From assembly GCA_009783245.1 (NCBI GenBank), contig WRHL01000014.1:1-32367 (forward strand): a stretch of DNA of 32,367 nucleotides. Direction: 5' to 3'. The DNA comes from Coriobacteriia bacterium. Lineage in GTDB: Bacteria; Actinomycetota; Coriobacteriia; Coriobacteriales; UBA8131. The notes beneath the pieces were generated by a model. It ran no database searches and was not told the DNA's origin. It worked only from the letters and a program-made list of their open reading frames with translations. A program made the position numbers and the translations under genes. Of this stretch, positions 26,918 to 32,367 are shown one piece after another (position 1 is the first letter of the stretch; every line of letters starts with the position of its first letter).

Positions 26918-29119
26918 CTACCCGTTACCTGTACCAGGATCTGGGTCGGGATCCGGGTCTGGATCAGGGTCTGAATCAGGATCCGGGTCTGGATCAGGGT
27001 CAGGGGTAGGAGGCTTAGGCTTGTTCTTCTCCTCTTCCTCTTTCTTCTTAGCTTCTTCCTCGGCTTTCTTCTTAGCCTCTTCCTCTTTCTTCTTCTTGTC
27101 TGCCTCTTCCTTCTTCAGCTTGTCTTCCTCTTCCTTCTTCTTCTTTGCTTCCTCTTCTTCCTGCTTCTTCTTCTCTTCAGCAGTCAGGAAGGTTGCCTGG
27201 GGATCATAGTTAGGGCTGCTCGCCCACGTGAAGCTCTCAGCTTCGTTGTACCAAAGCGCCTCTATCATGAAATCCCGCCACACCGGGCAACAATTCATGC
27301 CACTGTTGTCTTGGATGGGTCTGGGATACTCACGGGCGCCTATCCAGACCGCGCAGGAAAGCTGTGGCGTATAGCCTACAAACCAGGAGTCCCAATAGTT
27401 CTCAGCAGTACCGGTCTTGCCGGCTGCAACCTGCCAACCAAGGTTGGCGCTGGCGCCGGTACCACCGGTCACCACGCCGGTAAGCACCTGATTGGCGGCA
27501 TAGGCAACCTCAGGTGAGACGGCCTGAACCCCGTCATCGTGGTTCTCGTGGTCATAGAGGACCTCGCCTTTATACGTGACGATCTTGGTGATGGCAGTCG
27601 GCTCATGGTGCACCCCGCCTGCAGCTAAGGTCCCAAACGCAGAGGCCATCTCCAGCGTGTTCACTCCCTCAGCGCCCAGCACAGCAGACATATAGGGCTG
27701 GATCTCAGTGGTGATGCCCATGCGATAAGCGGCGTCTATCATGGAATGCACGCCTATCTTACGGATGATTCGCGCATAGGCGGTGTTGGAAGACTGCCAG
27801 GTCGCGCTCTCCAGGGTCATCATCCCGTAGCTGCCGTTCCCATAGTTCTGCACCGGCCAGGGCGGTCCTCCATCGCCGGGGTCAATGGTGATCGGGCCCT
27901 GCCCAGAGACCTGTGTCTTTGGGGAGTACCCCTGCTCCAGAGCCGCTACCAGCGCGAAGACTTTAAAGGTCGACCCCGCCTGGCGTTGCATCTGCCAACA
28001 GGTGTTGAACTGGTCCTCATAGAAGTCCTTGCCGCCGCGCATGACCAGGATATGACCGGTATTAGGGTCTACACAACAGAGGGATACCTCAACATCATCC
28101 TCTCCGTACACATACCATAGCTGCGCCTCTTTCTCTGCACAGGCTATCTCGGCGTAGTACTGCATGTCCCGGTCGATGGTGGTGTAGACGTCCAGTCCAC
28201 CCTTGAAGATGGTGTCCGAGGAATACTCGGTCAGGAGAATGTGGCGCACATAGGAGGTGAAGTAAGGCTCCGCATAGATGCCATCGAACTTCCTGCTCTT
28301 GACATTGAGGTTCAGCTCCTCAGCCCTGTACTGTTCGCGTTCAGCATCGGTGATGTAGCCGTTGACATACATACGGTCGAGCACCATATTGCGCCGTGCC
28401 AGTGCGTTGTCGGGGTATTCGACAGGGTTGTTATAGGTGGGGTTCTGGGGGATTCCCGCAAGCAGGGCAGCCTCGGGGATCGACAGCTGCGAGGCATCTT
28501 TGGAGAAGTAATGCTGGGATGCAGATTGGATGCCCCAGGCGCCATCACCGTAGTTGATGGTGTTAAGGTACATCATCAGGATCTCCGTCTTGCCGTACTT
28601 CTCCTCAACCGCCATTGCCAGCGAAGCCTCGCGCACCTTCCGTTCCAGGGTGCTGTCGTTTGCTTCATCCATGAGGATGGTCGAGCGGACCAGCTGCTGC
28701 GTGATGGTGGAAGCGCCCTGAAGCTGACCGCCTGTCAGGTCATTGATGGCGGCGCGGGCGATGCCGTAGTAGTCAACGCCGTTATGCTCCCAGAAGCGCT
28801 CATCCTCAATGGCGATGGTGGCGTTGAACACATTGGGCGACACCTGGTCGGCAGCCACCGGCTCACGATCCAAGAGCATGATCTCGCCCAACAGTGTGCC
28901 ATCAGGCGCCCAGATCCGCGTCTTGCGCTCCAGGCTGTAGTCCTCGATATCATCGAAACCCGGCAGATCGACAAGCCAGGACTGCACCACCGCATAGGCG
29001 CCGACTGTTGAGAAGGTCAACAGCCCTACGAATACTACGACTACGAGAACAAATGCAAACGGTATAATGAGCTTTCCACGTTTTGGTTGTTGTGCTGCTC
29101 GTTTCCTGCGCGACGACAT
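26918..29119 (-). CDS. Class A penicillin-binding protein (transglycosylase + transpeptidase) with a low-complexity KE-rich and (DP)n C-terminal tail
   Basis: 733 aa. N-terminal TM 'LIIPFAFVLVVVVFVGLLTF'. GT51 motifs 'EDERFWEHNGVD' and 'GASTITQQL'. TP motifs 'STFK', 'SSN', 'KTGT'. Tail '...KKEEEEKNKPKPPTPDPDPDPDPDSDPDPDPDPDPD'. Confidence 0.8.
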   Translation of the reverse strand: MSSRRKRAAQQPKRGKLIIPFAFVLVVVVFVGLLTFSTVGAYAVVQSWLVDLPGFDDIEDYSLERKTRIWAPDGTLLGEIMLLDREPVAADQVSPNVFNATIAIEDERFWEHNGVDYYGIARAAINDLTGGQLQGASTITQQLVRSTILMDEANDSTLERKVREASLAMAVEEKYGKTEILMMYLNTINYGDGAWGIQSASQHYFSKDASQLSIPEAALLAGIPQNPTYNNPVEYPDNALARRNMVLDRMYVNGYITDAEREQYRAEELNLNVKSRKFDGIYAEPYFTSYVRHILLTEYSSDTIFKGGLDVYTTIDRDMQYYAEIACAEKEAQLWYVYGEDDVEVSLCCVDPNTGHILVMRGGKDFYEDQFNTCWQMQRQAGSTFKVFALVAALEQGYSPKTQVSGQGPITIDPGDGGPPWPVQNYGNGSYGMMTLESATWQSSNTAYARIIRKIGVHSMIDAAYRMGITTEIQPYMSAVLGAEGVNTLEMASAFGTLAAGGVHHEPTAITKIVTYKGEVLYDHENHDDGVQAVSPEVAYAANQVLTGVVTGGTGASANLGWQVAAGKTGTAENYWDSWFVGYTPQLSCAVWIGAREYPRPIQDNSGMNCCPVWRDFMIEALWYNEAESFTWASSPNYDPQATFLTAEEKKKQEEEEAKKKKEEEDKLKKEEADKKKKEEEAKKKAEEEAKKKEEEEKNKPKPPTPDPDPDPDPDSDPDPDPDPDPDPGTGNG

Positions 29120-29211
29120 AGTAACCTCCCGTCCGGTTAGGAGTTACCATCATGCCACAAATCAGGCCTTTTTGCTTGTGAGGCTGGCGCATCTGCCGTG
29201 ATTGTAAGCCA

Positions 29212-32058
29212 ATGATTACCTTAGAACCTGATACTATGACGATAAATACAACTCCCGAAAAACCCGTCACAAGGCCGGAACTGCTGGCGCCCGCCGGTAG
29301 TCATGACGCCCTGCTCGCCGCCCTGAGCGCGGGCGCCGATGCCGTCTACCTGGGAGTTGAGGACTTCAACGCCCGCCGCAATGCCACAAACTTCCAGCTG
29401 GATAGGCTTACTGAGGTCTGCGACCTGGTCCACCTCGCCGGCAGGCGGCTCTACCTCACCTTGAACACGCTGGTGTTGCCGGACGAGACCGCTGAGGCGC
29501 TGGAAGTCGCACGTCAGGCTTGGTACGCTGGTGTCGACGCTGTGATTGTCTCCGATCTGGGGCTGCTCGACCGCTTGGCTACAGAGTTGCCACAGCTTGA
29601 GTTGCACGCCTCTACCCAGATGAACCTCCACAGCGGGCCCGCCGTGCGCCAGGCTGCCCGCTTGGGCGCCTCGCGTGTCACACTGTCGCGCGAGCTTTCC
29701 TTGGAGCAGATAGCGCAGATCGCCCAGGAAGGCGTGCCGCTTGAGGTCTTCGCCCATGGCGCGCTCTGCGTCTGCTATTCTGGCCAGTGCCTGTTCTCCT
29801 CGTTGGTGGGCCGCCGCTCCGCCAACCGCGGCCTGTGCGCCCAGGCATGCCGTCTGCCCTACCGCCTCATCGACACCTCCACCGGCAAGCGCCTCAAGGC
29901 GCCCGGCGAGCACCTGCTCAGCCCCGCTGACCTCGCCACCATCGACATCCTGCCCCAGCTTGTCGCCAGCGGTATCACGTCCCTCAAGATCGAGGGCCGC
30001 ATGAAGTCAGCTGCCTATGTCGCCACTGTGACCCGCGTTTATCGTGAAGCTTTAGATGGGCCCGCTAGTGTGGAAGGGATGCCTCAGCTGACTCGCGTCC
30101 CGAAAGCCGATCATGACAAAGGGGACGGTCCGTTTTGTCATGATTGCGAGGGCCTGCAAGCCGCTCAAATCCCTCGTCATTGCGAGGAGCGAAGCAACGC
30201 GAGCGACGTGGCAATCTACGGCAGCGGTCAGGGATCAGTGGCGCTGACACAGCGAAATGACAAAGAGGGCGGAGCGCATGAGATTCTCTCGGAGACTTTC
30301 TCGCGGGGTTTCACCACCGCGTATCTTGAGGGCGACCGCACAAACAGCATGATGAGCTATGCGCGGCCCAACAACCAGGGAGTTGCAGTGGGTCGCATTG
30401 CCGCGCTGGACAAGGGGCTGGTGGCCCTTGCACTGACCAAGCGGGTCACCCAAGGCGACCTGCTTGAGATCCGCACCTCGCGAGGACGTGCCACCGTTAC
30501 GCTTGAAAACTTTTGGGCCTCTTCTGACACCAAGAAGCCTCCGCTTACTGAGGCAGCAGAAGAAACCCGTATCTGGCTGCGGATCCCCGACCCCGTAAGC
30601 CCGGGCGACCGGGTATTCCGCATCCGCAACGCCGAGCTGCAGGATGAGGCCGAGTCCCACTACAACAACACCCTCTTCCAAGGCAACAACGGCCTGGTAG
30701 ACCTTCACGCCCAGGTCACCGCCCATCTCAACCATCCCCTGACCATCACCTTCACCACAGACTGGGACGGGGCACATGACAAAGGATATGACAAAGGGGA
30801 CGGTCCCTTTTGTCATATGCTTGTCACCCCGGGCTTGACCCGCGGCCTACCGTCGCCATCGCAGGACGATAATGGCTGTCGTCCAAACGGGCTGCCTTCC
30901 CGCCAGGCCTCGCCCATCCAAGGCACTGCAAGCGGCGACCCACTCCAGCCAGCCCGCACCAAAGCCCTCACCCCAGAGGACATCCGCGAGCACGTTGGAC
31001 GCGTAGGCGGCACCCCCTTCAGCATCGCATCCTGGGACATCCAACTTGACGAGGGCGTGGGCCTTGGCTTCTCGCAGCTGCACAGCCTGCGCACCCAGGC
31101 GCTCGAGGACCTCACGGAGAACCTGCTGCAACCCTGGCGGCAACGCCGCCTCACCAAGCGCGATGACCCTCCAGCCTTAGCGCCCGCGCAGAAAGGCAAG
31201 CCACGTGTTGCCGCCATAGTGCGCGACGCGGCCAGCGCAAAGGCCGCGGTACTCGGCGGCGCGGAGCTCATCTACCTGCACTACCTCACGTTTGAGGCGG
31301 AAAGCCAGCCAGACGCCAACGGCAGCGGCGGCAACGCCAGTAGCCCCGGCGCCAGCCCCAAAAGGCTGCCGACAAAGGTGCCCATCGTAGCGCTGCTGCC
31401 CGCCATCACCCATGACAGCGAGCTACCGCCCCTGCTGGCAAGCCTCAAGAACCGCAAAGCGGCCGTCGCCAACAACCTGGCGCAGGTCGAACTGCTCGCC
31501 GACACGCTCGACAGCCTGGAAGCCGGCCCCTCGCTGGGCATTGGCAACCAGGACGCCCTCGCCCTGGCCGTCAAATGCAAACTGTCGCAGGCCTGGCTGA
31601 GCCCCGAGCTCAGCTACCAGGACATAGCGCACATCTCCCCCACCGCACCGCTGCCGCTGGCGCTGACCATTGTGGGCCGCCAGGAGCTCATGGTCACCGA
31701 GCACTGCCTGCTCATGGCCCAGGGCCCCTGCGACCAACGCTGCGCCACCTGCGCCCGCCGCAAGGCCCCGCGCCTGCTGGAAGACCGCAAAGGCTACCTC
31801 TTCCCCCTGCGCACCGACCAGGCCGGCCGCAGCCACCTCTTCAATTCCGTGCCGCTTGACCTGGTGCCCTCCATGCCGGAGATCGTCAGCCTGGGCATCT
31901 CCACCCTGGTGGTCGACGGTACGCTCATGACGACAAAAGAGTTGCGCGCGGAGGTTGAACGCGCCACGCGTGCCCGCGACCTGGCCGTCAGGGGCGCCGG
32001 CAGCCTCCCCAAGCGCGAGGGCCAGACCACCGGCCACTTCTTCCGCGGCGTGTGGTAG
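29212..32058 (+). CDS. Peptidase U32 family protein (long form with DUF3656-like and second U32-like region). Carries in-frame insertions of the dispersed repeats.
   Basis: 'RPELLAPAGSHDALLAALSAGADAVYLG', 'TQMNLHS', 'EVFAHGALCVCYSGQCLFSS' and 'KIEGRMKS' are U32 signatures. The start may instead be ATG 29236. Repeat elements at 30109-30275 and 30775-30818 are translated in frame ('HDKGDGPFCH'). Confidence 0.7.
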   Translation: MITLEPDTMTINTTPEKPVTRPELLAPAGSHDALLAALSAGADAVYLGVEDFNARRNATNFQLDRLTEVCDLVHLAGRRLYLTLNTLVLPDETAEALEVARQAWYAGVDAVIVSDLGLLDRLATELPQLELHASTQMNLHSGPAVRQAARLGASRVTLSRELSLEQIAQIAQEGVPLEVFAHGALCVCYSGQCLFSSLVGRRSANRGLCAQACRLPYRLIDTSTGKRLKAPGEHLLSPADLATIDILPQLVASGITSLKIEGRMKSAAYVATVTRVYREALDGPASVEGMPQLTRVPKADHDKGDGPFCHDCEGLQAAQIPRHCEERSNASDVAIYGSGQGSVALTQRNDKEGGAHEILSETFSRGFTTAYLEGDRTNSMMSYARPNNQGVAVGRIAALDKGLVALALTKRVTQGDLLEIRTSRGRATVTLENFWASSDTKKPPLTEAAEETRIWLRIPDPVSPGDRVFRIRNAELQDEAESHYNNTLFQGNNGLVDLHAQVTAHLNHPLTITFTTDWDGAHDKGYDKGDGPFCHMLVTPGLTRGLPSPSQDDNGCRPNGLPSRQASPIQGTASGDPLQPARTKALTPEDIREHVGRVGGTPFSIASWDIQLDEGVGLGFSQLHSLRTQALEDLTENLLQPWRQRRLTKRDDPPALAPAQKGKPRVAAIVRDAASAKAAVLGGAELIYLHYLTFEAESQPDANGSGGNASSPGASPKRLPTKVPIVALLPAITHDSELPPLLASLKNRKAAVANNLAQVELLADTLDSLEAGPSLGIGNQDALALAVKCKLSQAWLSPELSYQDIAHISPTAPLPLALTIVGRQELMVTEHCLLMAQGPCDQRCATCARRKAPRLLEDRKGYLFPLRTDQAGRSHLFNSVPLDLVPSMPEIVSLGISTLVVDGTLMTTKELRAEVERATRARDLAVRGAGSLPKREGQTTGHFFRGVW
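30109..30275. repeat. Composite family-A + family-B + partial-A repeat block, embedded in frame in the U32 CDS
   Basis: 30109-30145 is the palindrome 'gatcatgacaaaggggacggtccgttttgtcatgatt'. 30172-30222 is 'cctcgtcattgcgaggagcgaagcaacgcgagcgacgtggcaatctacgg'. 30255-30273 is 'gaaatgacaaagagggcgg'. Confidence 0.8.
30775..30818. repeat. Family-A palindromic element within the U32 CDS
   Basis: 'catgacaaaggatatgacaaaggggacggtcccttttgtcatatg'. Confidence 0.85.
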
Positions 32059-32367
32059 CACAGAAGGGGACGGTTCTATTCTGTCCCCGGTGCAGTTGAC
32101 GCACTCCCCTGCGCTTGCGCTAGAGCCTCCGTCATTGCGAGCGCAGCGCCCGATGGGCGCGCAGCGTGGCAATCTACGCAGCAGACTCTCATTGTTGGCA
32201 GTTTGTCACAGCGCATCACCTTGCAGGTTCGTAGAGAAAGAGAATCAAACGGGAGGCAATGCGCTGTGTTAGCGTCCCTCATCCCCAGCCGCTGGCGTAG
32301 ATTGCCACGTCGCCTTCGGCTCCTCGCAATGACGAGGAGGCAATGCGCCGCGTTTGCGTCCCTCATC
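32057..32367. repeat. Composite repeat array at the window end: A-like (32060-32088), B (32121-32170), C (32251-32284), B reverse-complement (32293-32337), C (32334-32367)
   Basis: B copies share 'cctcgtcattgcgagg...gcgacgtggcaatctacg' with the intragenic copy at 30172-30222. C copies share 'gaggcaatgcgc.g.gtt.gcgtccctcatc'. The two C copies are about 83 bp apart. The array is truncated by the window edge. Confidence 0.75.

Noticed and set aside
26859-27209. ORF encoding 'GSGSGSGSESGSGS...FFLASSS'
   Set aside because: It is the reverse-strand reading of the PBP tail microsatellite (DP/KE repeats). It is a repeat artefact.
32250-32367. Possible CRISPR array (two about 30-bp 'C' repeats 83 bp apart)
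   Set aside because: Only two units are visible. The intervening 'spacer' is itself a copy of the family-B repeat found elsewhere, so this is a MITE/REP-type cluster rather than CRISPR. The window end prevents a full test.

Overview
This is a high-GC (~60%) bacterial chromosomal window of about 25 genes. It looks like an anaerobe: a rubrerythrin, a multi-haem cytochrome c, a U32 peptidase and a YfcC-type carrier are all present. Housekeeping genes are murB, hisG, tyrS, mnmA, galE, a class A penicillin-binding protein, an amino-acid ABC transporter and a uracil/xanthine permease. They are interleaved with accessory-looking content.

The most unusual signal is a family of short palindromic, MITE-like dispersed repeats. 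The core is 'ATGACAAAGGGGACGGTCCCTTTTGTCAT' and it occurs at six or more loci. Two copies sit in frame inside the 948-codon U32 peptidase gene, and one supplies the stop codon of another gene. A second repeat type ('GTCATTGCGAGGAGC...GTGGCAATCTACG') co-occurs with the first and piles up in a composite array at the 3' end of the window.

Other items worth follow-up:
- A tRNA-Pro(TGG) with duplicated 3'-end and terminator-hairpin copies, flanked by visibly lower-GC genes (a lipoprotein pentahaem cytochrome c, and PadR-DUF2812-GNAT).
- A candidate uncharacterised four-gene metabolic cluster: a hypothetical enzyme, a cyclic-2,3-diphosphoglycerate-synthetase-like P-loop protein, a PhzF-family protein and an extended SDR.
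- A Tat-signal lipoprotein rubrerythrin with a C-terminal rubredoxin domain.
- Tandem repeats that overlap a stop codon.

Family assignments come from reading motifs in the supplied translations. No database search was run.
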